From a virus: a DNA stretch of 64,000 nucleotides. The notes beneath the pieces are model-generated. The model was not told the origin of the DNA. It worked only from the letters and a program-made list of their open reading frames with translations, and did not search any database. Each line of letters opens with the position of its first letter. Position 1 is the stretch's first letter. This document shows, in pieces, positions 9,340 through 18,085 of this stretch. The translations under genes and the position numbers were made by a program. The DNA is taken from the IMG/VR virus record IMGVR_UViG_3300027736_000027, positions 46,951 through 110,950 of that record. One strand, 5' to 3'.

Positions 9340-9972
9340 TTAAATTTGACCAGTTGATTGGTAATCGGTAGTTGCAGTTCTGATAACTCTAACCACATCT
9401 AGTGCATCTTGCAGAGCCTCATGGGCTACTTTACGTGTTAATTTACATCGATCCATACAGGTCTGTAAATTAGGTAAACTTTTATCAACCTGCCAATCCA
9501 TTAATAAGATTGCTGGATCTATAATTCGCTGCCGGATTTGAATTTTATTTGACCAACCTGATAATTTTTCTAAAAATAATTTATCAAAAGTGGCAAAGTT
9601 TTTGCCAGCAACGGTTATACTAATTTGACTGGCGGTTTCATTGACTGGGCCTAACCCATTTGAGTTTAGCCACATTGAAAAAGACTGGACAACCAGTGAT
9701 TCAGGTAAAATATTATACTCACTTCTAATTGCAAGACGATCCTCTTTATTTGAAGTTTGTAATTTTGCTAGAATTGATAAAATAGGTTGATTCATATCTA
9801 GAGCAAATGCCTGCCCAGTATATTTAGCGTGCTCAACAATACACTTAAATTTAGGCAGTTGATCAAACGGTACCACATTTAAGGTATCTTCAATAACTGC
9901 ACCAATTTGAAGAATTTGACAATATTCTGGATCTAATCCAGTGGTCTCAATATCAATACTAACAAACCGCAT
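9340..9972 (-). CDS. DEDDh 3'-5' exonuclease (DnaQ-like)
   Basis: SIDIETTGL, GKNFATFDKLFL and HEALQDA. Confidence 0.85.
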   Translation of the reverse strand: MRFVSIDIETTGLDPEYCQILQIGAVIEDTLNVVPFDQLPKFKCIVEHAKYTGQAFALDMNQPILSILAKLQTSNKEDRLAIRSEYNILPESLVVQSFSMWLNSNGLGPVNETASQISITVAGKNFATFDKLFLEKLSGWSNKIQIRQRIIDPAILLMDWQVDKSLPNLQTCMDRCKLTRKVAHEALQDALDVVRVIRTATTDYQSTGQI

Positions 9973-9981
9973 GGTTATATT

Positions 9982-10383
9982 CTAAAAAGGTAAATCATCA
10001 TCAGTTAACTCATCAAGTAGAGTTGTTGATTTAGTGATAGGTGCTGATGTATGAATATCATCAAAGTCGGTATCATCAGAAGAGTTTCCAATTTCTGCTC
10101 TTTTTTGACCACTAATTCTCCAAGCTTCAAGAGTTGTGAAATATTTTACTTGACCCGTTTTATCAGTCCAGTCGCGGCCCTTTGGGTTAAATGATACAGT
10201 AACAGTATCTCCGATACCAAATGACTCCAGCATATCGCATTTTTCTTGTACTAATTGAAATAGTATTTTTTGTGGGTACTTATCCCCTGTCTCAACGACA
10301 AATTCGCGTTTACGAAATCCTTTGTTAAATGTTTGGGCTGGAAATGCCTCAATGATTACCCCTGTTAATTCAAAATTGCTCAT
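9982..10383 (-). CDS. DUF3127 family OB-fold protein (SSB-like, acidic tail)
   Basis: FRKREFVVET..KYPQ, YFTTLEAWRI and C-terminal DDDLPF. Confidence 0.8.
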   Translation of the reverse strand: MSNFELTGVIIEAFPAQTFNKGFRKREFVVETGDKYPQKILFQLVQEKCDMLESFGIGDTVTVSFNPKGRDWTDKTGQVKYFTTLEAWRISGQKRAEIGNSSDDTDFDDIHTSAPITKSTTLLDELTDDDLPF

Positions 10384-10384
10384 G

Positions 10385-10867
10385 TTAAAAGTTTTGATTT
10401 GTTATTTTTATATTATAGTTTTTAAAGTTTTTAAAATCTTCGCGATCAGCCTCGAGTCTACGCTCAACTGAATCGCCTGGCATTTTTCTCTCCAGTAATC
10501 TCTGTTTTCTTACCTCTTCATCAATGTCTAAATAAATTACAGTTGATGTTTTTCTATCATCTTCGGATAATTGATTTAGACCAGACGGTGTCATAATAAA
10601 AATATCATCATTATAAAACTGCTTTTTAGTTGTTCCATAAATCCATCCATTAAATGCAACCCATTCATAAAATTCGCATTTATCAATCATGTCCTGCGCA
10701 TCAGGCTGTTTAATAAAAAAATAATCTTGACCGCCTATTTCATCTGGTCTTGGAGGTCTAGTTGTATAGCTCACAGCATATTTAAAACCTTGAGCCTCAA
10801 ATGTTTTACGAATATAGTCTTTGCCACTTGCAGCCTTACCTACTAATATTATTCGTTTGTGTTTCAT
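10385..10867 (-). CDS. gmk: Guanylate kinase-like protein
   Basis: GKAASGKD P-loop; SYTTRPPRPDE..GQDYFF; YGT. Confidence 0.85.
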   Translation of the reverse strand: MKHKRIILVGKAASGKDYIRKTFEAQGFKYAVSYTTRPPRPDEIGGQDYFFIKQPDAQDMIDKCEFYEWVAFNGWIYGTTKKQFYNDDIFIMTPSGLNQLSEDDRKTSTVIYLDIDEEVRKQRLLERKMPGDSVERRLEADREDFKNFKNYNIKITNQNF

Positions 10868-10871
10868 ATTG

Positions 10872-12167
10872 TTAAAATTCTCTAGCCTTTCCGTATATAC
10901 CTTTGAATACTGGAAATCTTAATGAATGTGCACCGTGTTGGTCGGTTGTTTGTTCAAAAAATTGTACCGTTATTATTTTACCTAAAATTTCATTTGGGTT
11001 TTGGTGATAGTATCTGCGCTGTTCAAGATTAAAACCTGAACCTACTCTTACCGTATTACCCTTATGCTCTACCATTACGGCCTTTAGCATAACCTCTTCA
11101 ACCTCTTTACCTGCATCAATTATACGATTGACATCTGAATCTAGTCCAGTTACTGTATACTCAGCATCGTGCATCTTTTTAACTTTTAACAGATTTTTTG
11201 AGCGACGGCCTTCATAACCAACATCATGTCTAATCATTATACCTTCATAGCCCATTGCTGATGCATCAGCTACTAATACTTCAAAATGATCACGACTCTC
11301 TACTTTAAACTGATACAGTGGCTCGGCAAATTCAAGTTCTACCTCTTCAAATAGTGTACTTATTATTACAAGCCTGGCGGTTAATGATATTTCGCCGGAA
11401 CCTTTTTCAAATTCATCAAGCGTTAATAGGTCAAATATATGATATTTTGGCGACTTAATTACGTGATCTTTTTTACCAATTTCTTTTATTACACCCTGAA
11501 AATCTTCAAGACCAGACTCTTGCATTAGGCAAACTTCTCCGTCCAGCACAGTTGACCTTAAGCCTAATTTTTTAAGATCAGTAGCTAGATTAGCCAAGGT
11601 TAAAAACTCTTTACCTTGTCTGGAAAAAAACTTTATTTCTCCAACCTTATCAATAACGGCAATACACCGGACTCCATCAAGCTTACGACTTGCCCACCAG
11701 GTTTGAGTCTCAAAGTCTATCTTTTTTTCAGCAGATTCAAATTTTTCAGCCAAGGCTACATTAAAAGTTGGAACTGTTCCAGGTAAAACTGAATTAATTA
11801 GGGTGGCCGTTGCTCGGGTTTTTATATTACGATCAACAATATCATAGATGACATCTGAGAACTCCGGATATGTTGCAATAAAACCATTAACACACTGAAT
11901 TGCAGTGTGGCCAGTCACATGCTTATCGTTTAGATCATCAAGTAACTGAAATAAGTCATTATAGTTATATACTAAAGTTAGATCTGATCGCTTTTTAAGA
12001 TTAGCAGAGGTTACATGGTACTGTTTAAATGGAGAATATGTATATTCAAATATTTTTCTTAAGAACGGAGAATCATATTTTAATAGAATCTGCTTCTTTA
12101 TAAGGACTGAAGAGTTAGATTTCATCTCTTCAATAAAGTTTTGTAACTGTATAAAATCATTTTGCAT
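10872..12167 (-). CDS. lig: ATP-dependent DNA ligase
   Basis: Motif I RKLDGVRC, LDGEV, YHIFD, EGIMIR, LLKVK, VGSGF and SLRFPVF. Confidence 0.93.
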   Translation of the reverse strand: MQNDFIQLQNFIEEMKSNSSVLIKKQILLKYDSPFLRKIFEYTYSPFKQYHVTSANLKKRSDLTLVYNYNDLFQLLDDLNDKHVTGHTAIQCVNGFIATYPEFSDVIYDIVDRNIKTRATATLINSVLPGTVPTFNVALAEKFESAEKKIDFETQTWWASRKLDGVRCIAVIDKVGEIKFFSRQGKEFLTLANLATDLKKLGLRSTVLDGEVCLMQESGLEDFQGVIKEIGKKDHVIKSPKYHIFDLLTLDEFEKGSGEISLTARLVIISTLFEEVELEFAEPLYQFKVESRDHFEVLVADASAMGYEGIMIRHDVGYEGRRSKNLLKVKKMHDAEYTVTGLDSDVNRIIDAGKEVEEVMLKAVMVEHKGNTVRVGSGFNLEQRRYYHQNPNEILGKIITVQFFEQTTDQHGAHSLRFPVFKGIYGKAREF

Positions 12168-12173
12168 AAAACT

Positions 12174-12182
12174 ATTATACTA
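12174..12182 (-). promoter_or_regulatory. TAGTATAAT element, 6 nt before the ligase ATG
   Basis: ATTATACTA on the + strand; recurrent motif. Confidence 0.6.
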
Positions 12183-12190
12183 AATAAAAC

Positions 12191-12219
12191 AAAAAAAGCC
12201 GAATTTCTTCAGCTTTTTT
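12191..12219 (-). terminator. Intrinsic terminator
   Basis: AAAAAAAGCCGAA...TTCAGCTTTTTT imperfect hairpin flanked by A/T tracts. Confidence 0.6.
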
Positions 12220-12239
12220 AAAAATTTATTTAAGTAAAA

Positions 12240-13742
12240 CTATTTTTTGTAAAAATCATTAAACGTTTTTAGTCGAGTAAAGTTAATAGATTCAGTAACT
12301 GCAGTGAATCCGCCGGTACCGCCTTGATCAGCTTGAGATGCTTCCTTTTGCATGCCTTGAGAAATCTTGTCAACTTGTCCAGCGAGAGGTCCTGATCCTG
12401 TAATACCTGCCCAATAACCGTTACATAGAGAAAGCATGTCTCCACTAATTTCAGAAGAAACACAATACTCGTAAAAGTCTCCGTCTTCTCCAAAATTCTT
12501 AGCCCATGATTGCATAACCGCCTGTGCTGTTTTTGGACTAAGTGTAGTAATCATGAATGTGATTTGTAATTCATTACTACCGTCTGTATAACCTTTTGCT
12601 AATTCTTTGATTTGCGTACAAAATGCAAATGCTGCATCTTCTGCTGTAAAGTTTTGAACTTCTTGTTGTTCTGGATCCTCTGAGGCGGCAGCCGCTAGTC
12701 CTTGGCCAGCCGCGAGGCCTGCACCTGCACCTGCACCGATTTTTGCACCGACTTTTGCAAAATAACCTGCCTTAGTTATTGCTGAGAAACCTGATTTTGC
12801 TAGGTCAGCGTCCTTTGCACCCTTTGCGAGCGTTGCAACGTTTGCCGCTCCGTTAATTCCAACCCCAGTTACTTTATTTGTTCCTTTTGCTGCAGTTAAG
12901 CCGCTTCTAAACCCTCTGAGACCGCCTTTTAATTTATTAATTGATCCAGCTGCTCTAACCATTTTGGCTCCACTAATAAGTCCTCTAGCAGCGGCACCAA
13001 CTCCAAATGTACAGAGTCCAATTGCAACGTCTACAACCAATGATTGTAAAAAATCTACACCTATTGCTGCTGAAATTTCTCCATCGGTAATGGTATCACC
13101 ATAAACTGCCCGAGCTAAAACTTCAGGAGTTCCAGAGAAGTCTGCTTCAACTGCGTCCATTAGAGACTCATTGTATGCGCTCTGATATGCAGTACCTAAT
13201 GCTTTAAATATTTCAGGTATATCCGCGTTTTTGTCATAACCAATACGATAAATTGCTCCAGCTAGTGCACCAAGTTTATCTTCATCTGTTCCAAAATTTA
13301 ATCCAAAAATTGAACTTCCTTCAACTCCTTTTCTAAATTGAGTTGCTAAGAAATTCATATCTAGTCCTTCAATTACCCGTGCCGTTGAATCAAAATCAAT
13401 ATAAACTCCAGATTTTCCATCTGCTGTTTTACCACCAGCTACATAGATTGAAATTGCGTATTCTTTATCTCCGATTTTTATAGTAAGTCTATTTGGGCCA
13501 GGCGAACGTGCTTCTACTAGATTTGCTGCCTCAGTATTAATTTTTAAAAATTCTGGATCTTGAACTGCCTTACCTGCGTTATCAATAATTAATTTCTTAA
13601 CTGCCTTAACTTCAGGAGAATCCGATTCTTGAATTGAAATAGTGTTTGTACTTACGTCACCAGCCGCTTCATTTAGCGAATAGTAGCCTAAAGATTTGTT
13701 CTCGTGTAGTAGTGCGTAATTTAATAGGTTAATCTGTTTCAT
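12240..13742 (-). CDS. Putative virion/ejection protein with two annexin-like repeats flanking a hydrophobic Gly/Ala-rich segment
   Basis: FGTDEDKL...AYQSAYNESLMDAVEADFSG and KGYTDG...SSEISGD resemble the annexin repeat; C-terminal RLKTFNDFYKK. Confidence 0.5.
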   Translation of the reverse strand: MKQINLLNYALLHENKSLGYYSLNEAAGDVSTNTISIQESDSPEVKAVKKLIIDNAGKAVQDPEFLKINTEAANLVEARSPGPNRLTIKIGDKEYAISIYVAGGKTADGKSGVYIDFDSTARVIEGLDMNFLATQFRKGVEGSSIFGLNFGTDEDKLGALAGAIYRIGYDKNADIPEIFKALGTAYQSAYNESLMDAVEADFSGTPEVLARAVYGDTITDGEISAAIGVDFLQSLVVDVAIGLCTFGVGAAARGLISGAKMVRAAGSINKLKGGLRGFRSGLTAAKGTNKVTGVGINGAANVATLAKGAKDADLAKSGFSAITKAGYFAKVGAKIGAGAGAGLAAGQGLAAAASEDPEQQEVQNFTAEDAAFAFCTQIKELAKGYTDGSNELQITFMITTLSPKTAQAVMQSWAKNFGEDGDFYEYCVSSEISGDMLSLCNGYWAGITGSGPLAGQVDKISQGMQKEASQADQGGTGGFTAVTESINFTRLKTFNDFYKK

Positions 13743-13774
13743 TAGTTATGTAAGATTTTTTTAATTTTTTTTGA

Positions 13775-14851
13775 CTAGACTGGTTTATTAATATAGATAA
13801 AACCGTTTGTACCGGCTGTACCGGCTGTGCCTGCCGTACCTGCAGTACCGGCAGTACCGGCGGTACCTGCTGTACCAGAGGTACCAGATTTGGTTAACTC
13901 AGAGGCATCCCATATTTCTGGTAATCTATTATTACCTGCTGGCTTGCTAGTTGGCACTAGTAATTTAACTAGTGTACAGTATTTAGCAAGTTTTTCTAGA
14001 TCAGCGGCTTCAATTGAATTATGTGGAGTATTTAACTTATCATCAAGTAGAGCACCATATGCCAGTGCAGTTTTTGGTCCGTATGTTCCGTCTGCTGAAC
14101 CAAGTATAGCTGAAAGTTTTAGATCAGGCAGGGCTTTACTAAATTCAGGAGCTAATAATATTAACTGAGCAAATTTTACTTCTCTACCCTTTAATCCAGA
14201 CTTAGCAAGTGTACCGATATTAGGAACACCTTTACTTAACAGCTTATCTTTTAAAAATGCAAGTACATCAGCATCGGCTGCTGGTAATACAATAGGATCC
14301 TTTTTATTTTGATCATCCTTCTTTTCCTCTTCTTTTATTTTTTCCTTATGCTCTTCCGTTTTAGGATTAACCTTTTGACCGTCTACAACCAGCTTATCCA
14401 TATCAGTATCTAACCAGACATTTATACCACCAGGTTTCAGATACGGCGGTACATTAGGGACCTTTGCCATATCAAAACGATCAGCCATTCTAAACGATAG
14501 TACTGCTCTTAATATCGCATTGTCATTATTAAATATTTGAGGTATAACTCCTCTTTGTTTGAGTGTATCTACTGTAATAAACACAAAGGTACCGGTTGCT
14601 GCCTTTTTAAATTTTTCATCACTTGCTAAATATGTTTCAAGATGTGTTTTAACTAGTGCTAGTGCTTGGTCTTTCGTTGCCTCATTTGGTGGATTAATTT
14701 TTGCAACTACTGAAAAGTTAGCTGTCTCACCGGCGTTTTTATCTGGTGTATTAAGGTTGAGTTTTACAACTTCGTCTTGTTTTTCGTTAATCGGTGAAAA
14801 ACTTGCTGAATTTGATTCAGTTAGGAATTGACTAAATGATTTAAATATCAT
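13775..14851 (-). CDS. Hypothetical virion protein with a peptidoglycan-binding-like domain and a Gly-Thr-Ala repeat tail
   Basis: MIFKSFSQFLTE N-terminus; GLKGREVKFAQ...ADGTYGPKT; (GTA)n near the C-terminus. Confidence 0.55.
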   Translation of the reverse strand: MIFKSFSQFLTESNSASFSPINEKQDEVVKLNLNTPDKNAGETANFSVVAKINPPNEATKDQALALVKTHLETYLASDEKFKKAATGTFVFITVDTLKQRGVIPQIFNNDNAILRAVLSFRMADRFDMAKVPNVPPYLKPGGINVWLDTDMDKLVVDGQKVNPKTEEHKEKIKEEEKKDDQNKKDPIVLPAADADVLAFLKDKLLSKGVPNIGTLAKSGLKGREVKFAQLILLAPEFSKALPDLKLSAILGSADGTYGPKTALAYGALLDDKLNTPHNSIEAADLEKLAKYCTLVKLLVPTSKPAGNNRLPEIWDASELTKSGTSGTAGTAGTAGTAGTAGTAGTAGTNGFIYINKPV

Positions 14852-14905
14852 AAATTTATTTACTTTTTTTATAATTAACTAAATAATATATTAGTTATAC
14901 ATAGT

Positions 14906-14935
14906 TATTTATATAGCATACATTAAGGATAAATA
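14906..14935. promoter_or_regulatory. Back-to-back T4-late-like promoters (TATAAATA on -, GATAAATA on +)
   Basis: TATTTATA at 14906-14913 and GATAAATA at 14928-14935 lie between divergent genes; the motif recurs before many structural genes. Confidence 0.55.
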
Positions 14936-14942
14936 ACTCTAT

Positions 14943-16070
14943 ATGAAATATCTTTTTGAATTTGCAGAATATTTAGAGTCAACTGCACCGGATCAATCAT
15001 TTGGAATACTTGGTGATGCTGGCACAGACTCTCAATTTGGTGAACAAACTGGTTATTTTAAAGAGTTAATTCAGTATGCAGCTGACTCAGGCGTTGATGC
15101 CTTTGTATTTACTGACTTTACCTCAACCGACTGTACGGCCTGGACCCTAGCTAATGATAACTGGACCTCATCCGTTAGAGGATTACCTGCGGTATTTTAC
15201 GATAGAAGCTTTAAAAATAAAACAGATAAAGGTAAAACTTCAAATACCCGATTTTTATTAAATTGTGGGTGTACTCCATTAAACAGTCCAGATTTTAGAA
15301 AAGTATCACTTGATAAATATTTAACCCATGAAACCTTAATAAATGAAGACCTTGGAAAATTAAAGATTCCATATACTCAAAAATACAGTAAATCAAGTCT
15401 TATTAAGTTTATGAGTAATTATCCTGAAGCTATTATTAAACCTAGATTTGGCTCAGGCGGTAAAGGTATAATTAAGGTATCTAAAAACAAGTCAGGCTAT
15501 TTAATTAACTATTTAGATAAGTCAACCTCTGCGACTGACTTAAATTTAGCAAATCGCATTGATGAAGTTCGTAAAAGCATGAGGTCCAATGGCCGAATTT
15601 ATATTATTCAGGAGTGTATTGCGCTACCTCAATATAATGGTGGAGTATTTGATGTTAGGGTAATGTATCAAAGGGATAAGGCTAAAAAACCAGTAAGAAC
15701 CGGCATGGCAGTTAGACTTGCTGCTCCCAGTAAAATTACAGCAAATTTACATCAAGGCGGCAGTAAAGAAACCCTAAGTAATATTTTAAAATCAATATTT
15801 AATCAAGACATAGACGGTCCCATTGCCCAGTCAATTAGAGATGCATCACAGGTAATATTTGATATTTTAGATAAAAAGTGTGGACCGATTGGAGAAATTG
15901 GATTGGATTTTTTAATTGATCAAAGCGGCGAAATCCACCTACTAGAGGTAAATTCAATTCCAGGAAGGAATTTATTTAAAATATTACCGGATATTAGAAA
16001 AACTGCAATTCAAAGGCCAGTTGACTATGCCAAACGGTTGTTAAAGGATCTTACCAAAAAAAGCCGCTAA
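14943..16070 (+). CDS. YheC/YheD-like ATP-grasp protein
   Basis: IIKPRFGSGGKGI, YIIQECI, FDVRV, TANLHQGG, IGLDFLID and LLEVNSIPG. Confidence 0.85.
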   Translation: MKYLFEFAEYLESTAPDQSFGILGDAGTDSQFGEQTGYFKELIQYAADSGVDAFVFTDFTSTDCTAWTLANDNWTSSVRGLPAVFYDRSFKNKTDKGKTSNTRFLLNCGCTPLNSPDFRKVSLDKYLTHETLINEDLGKLKIPYTQKYSKSSLIKFMSNYPEAIIKPRFGSGGKGIIKVSKNKSGYLINYLDKSTSATDLNLANRIDEVRKSMRSNGRIYIIQECIALPQYNGGVFDVRVMYQRDKAKKPVRTGMAVRLAAPSKITANLHQGGSKETLSNILKSIFNQDIDGPIAQSIRDASQVIFDILDKKCGPIGEIGLDFLIDQSGEIHLLEVNSIPGRNLFKILPDIRKTAIQRPVDYAKRLLKDLTKKSR

Positions 16071-16081
16071 TGCGGCTTTTT
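16056..16081. terminator. Bidirectional intrinsic terminator
   Basis: AAAAAAAGCCGC-TAAT-GCGGCTTTTT between convergent genes. Confidence 0.85.
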
Positions 16082-16100
16082 AATTTAAAATAAAACGATG

Positions 16101-16304
16101 TTACATTAGTTTAATTGTATTATAGAGTTTAAGTCTATTTTTAGCATTTCCATTTGAATATTTATCCCAAATAACAGAGGACTCAGTATCCATAAAGGAA
16201 TAGGCATCAGCCGCAGTCATGTATTTTTCAAATAATTCATGGCTAGATGAAGCTGCTGCTAATTTAATTAAGTCAATATCTAATAATCGCCTATGATATC
16301 CCAT
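16101..16304 (-). CDS. Hypothetical protein
   Basis: ORF is translationally coupled to the upstream gene (TAATG overlap). Confidence 0.6.
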   Translation of the reverse strand: MGYHRRLLDIDLIKLAAASSSHELFEKYMTAADAYSFMDTESSVIWDKYSNGNAKNRLKLYNTIKLM

Positions 16305-16828
16305 TAATTAGAGGCTGGGGTGGTTTCAGTTTCTCGTAATTTTGCAATTTCAGAATCTAATGATTTCATTTCCATAATTACAGTATTTAAAGCAATTGCA
16401 ATTCTAAATACACGCTGTGCAGTATCTAAGCCAGAGCCTTCATATCTATTTAAAATTAAGGCACAGGCTTCAATTGCAGATGCTGATAAATTTGCAGTAG
16501 GATTATCAATTCCACTATTAGTAGCTGCCTCTAGTGTTCCAATTGCAGACGAAAAGCCTAAATAGCAAGTCATTAACATAAAAGCCTCATTTGGACCAAT
16601 AAATGGAAATTTGTTATTACAGCCATTTTTAATCCATTTTAAATCAGTTAAGTCTAAATTAATAGCCCAATATCCAGTACGCTTATTAATTAATTTGTCA
16701 AGTTCTGACATTTCTTTAGCCTCAGGCTCAGTGGTAGTTTCAGTAGATGGTTCAGAGCCTGCAACTATTTCAGTATCAGGTGAATCCATTACTAGTGAAT
16801 CAGTAATTAAGTCGGTTGTTTTTTTCAT
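16304..16828 (-). CDS. Hypothetical protein
   Basis: 174-aa ORF in operon orientation. Confidence 0.65.
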   Translation of the reverse strand: MKKTTDLITDSLVMDSPDTEIVAGSEPSTETTTEPEAKEMSELDKLINKRTGYWAINLDLTDLKWIKNGCNNKFPFIGPNEAFMLMTCYLGFSSAIGTLEAATNSGIDNPTANLSASAIEACALILNRYEGSGLDTAQRVFRIAIALNTVIMEMKSLDSEIAKLRETETTPASN

Positions 16829-16879
16829 AAATTATTTGGTTTGTATTTAGATTATCTTACTAAAAAAAATAGGCAAGTT

Positions 16880-17347
16880 TCAGGAAATTCTATCTAAAAT
16901 TATTCTTTGAGCCGAGGCTATTTTAGAATAGGCTAGCTCAATATCAATAAACCCAGCCCAGTCAATTTCGCCACTTTGTAATTGTGATTTAGGCACAGTT
17001 AAACCAGTTAAGCCAATTTCAGATAGGCTATTGATATTACAAATTAAATAGTGAATATTATTAATAACAGTTTTTCCAGAATATACCTGAATTATTTCAG
17101 TATGTGGCTCTACCTGATTAGGCTTAATTAGTATACCAATTTCCTCGTATGTTTCCCTAACTGCAGCCTCTTCCGGAGATTCACCATCCTCTATTTTACC
17201 CTTGGGAATTCCCATAACCGGCTTAGCCCAGCTGCCATTGGTTGCATGCACTAATAAAATTTTTGAATTATAAATTATTGCAATTCCTGCACTGTCTCTC
17301 TTTTTTTTAGAGTCACGATTAGAGAACTTTTCAAATGTATTAATCAT
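16880..17347 (-). CDS. NUDIX hydrolase
   Basis: Nudix box GKIEDGESPEEAAVRETYEEIG. Confidence 0.9.
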   Translation of the reverse strand: MINTFEKFSNRDSKKKRDSAGIAIIYNSKILLVHATNGSWAKPVMGIPKGKIEDGESPEEAAVRETYEEIGILIKPNQVEPHTEIIQVYSGKTVINNIHYLICNINSLSEIGLTGLTVPKSQLQSGEIDWAGFIDIELAYSKIASAQRIILDRIS

Positions 17348-17356
17348 AGTTAGTTA

Positions 17357-18085
17357 TTAAAGTAAATAAGGACACTTCTTGGAAATCTCCTCTCTATTAA
17401 TATACTCACTTAAATATTTTTCAACTAATGATTTAGAGGTTTGGTGTTTATACCAATTTGGGATTTTTCCAAGTTTAGATTCATATGCTTGAAAATATAA
17501 ATCAACCAGTTCAGGTGTTTTTAATTTAAAATTTTCCATTGCCAATAGGATCGGGCCGGTTTTTGTAAAACCTATTCTAAATCTAGAAAATTCTGATGAT
17601 AATTTAGAATATAAGTTTTCAGAAATTTGAGATAATATTGGAATCTCAGGATATCTAGCTATATTTAAATGAATTGGCCTGCCGTCAATTATTTCTCTGG
17701 CTCCAATTATACGCCCTTCATAGGTGGCAACCTGAATTTGAGTATCAATTTTTGGTTTATTAAAATAAATTGAACCCTTTAATAAATTTGCACGGTTTAG
17801 GTGTCTAAAAGTTGGAAACGTTTGAATGGTAGAGTTTGGAGAAATTACTGAAATTGGCGTTTTTAATTTCATAGCCTTAAATCTGTCTCCTACAAATCCT
17901 GGAATTAGGTCAGATCCGGCTAATCTATTAAATACTTGATGCGTTGAATATTCGTTTGGGGTAATTTGTACGCTAATTTTTGCATCACTGTTAAATAGGT
18001 CAGGAATATTATGATTTTCCCCAATTAGGGCAATTTTTTTAGAAAAAATATCATGAACTTGAAACTCATCAAACGGTCTTATCAT
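17357..18085 (-). CDS. Hypothetical protein, possibly a degenerate ATP-grasp-like fold
   Basis: MIRPFDEF N-terminus; weak resemblance to the ATP-grasp layout, canonical catalytic residues not evident. Confidence 0.45.
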   Translation of the reverse strand: MIRPFDEFQVHDIFSKKIALIGENHNIPDLFNSDAKISVQITPNEYSTHQVFNRLAGSDLIPGFVGDRFKAMKLKTPISVISPNSTIQTFPTFRHLNRANLLKGSIYFNKPKIDTQIQVATYEGRIIGAREIIDGRPIHLNIARYPEIPILSQISENLYSKLSSEFSRFRIGFTKTGPILLAMENFKLKTPELVDLYFQAYESKLGKIPNWYKHQTSKSLVEKYLSEYINREEISKKCPYLL

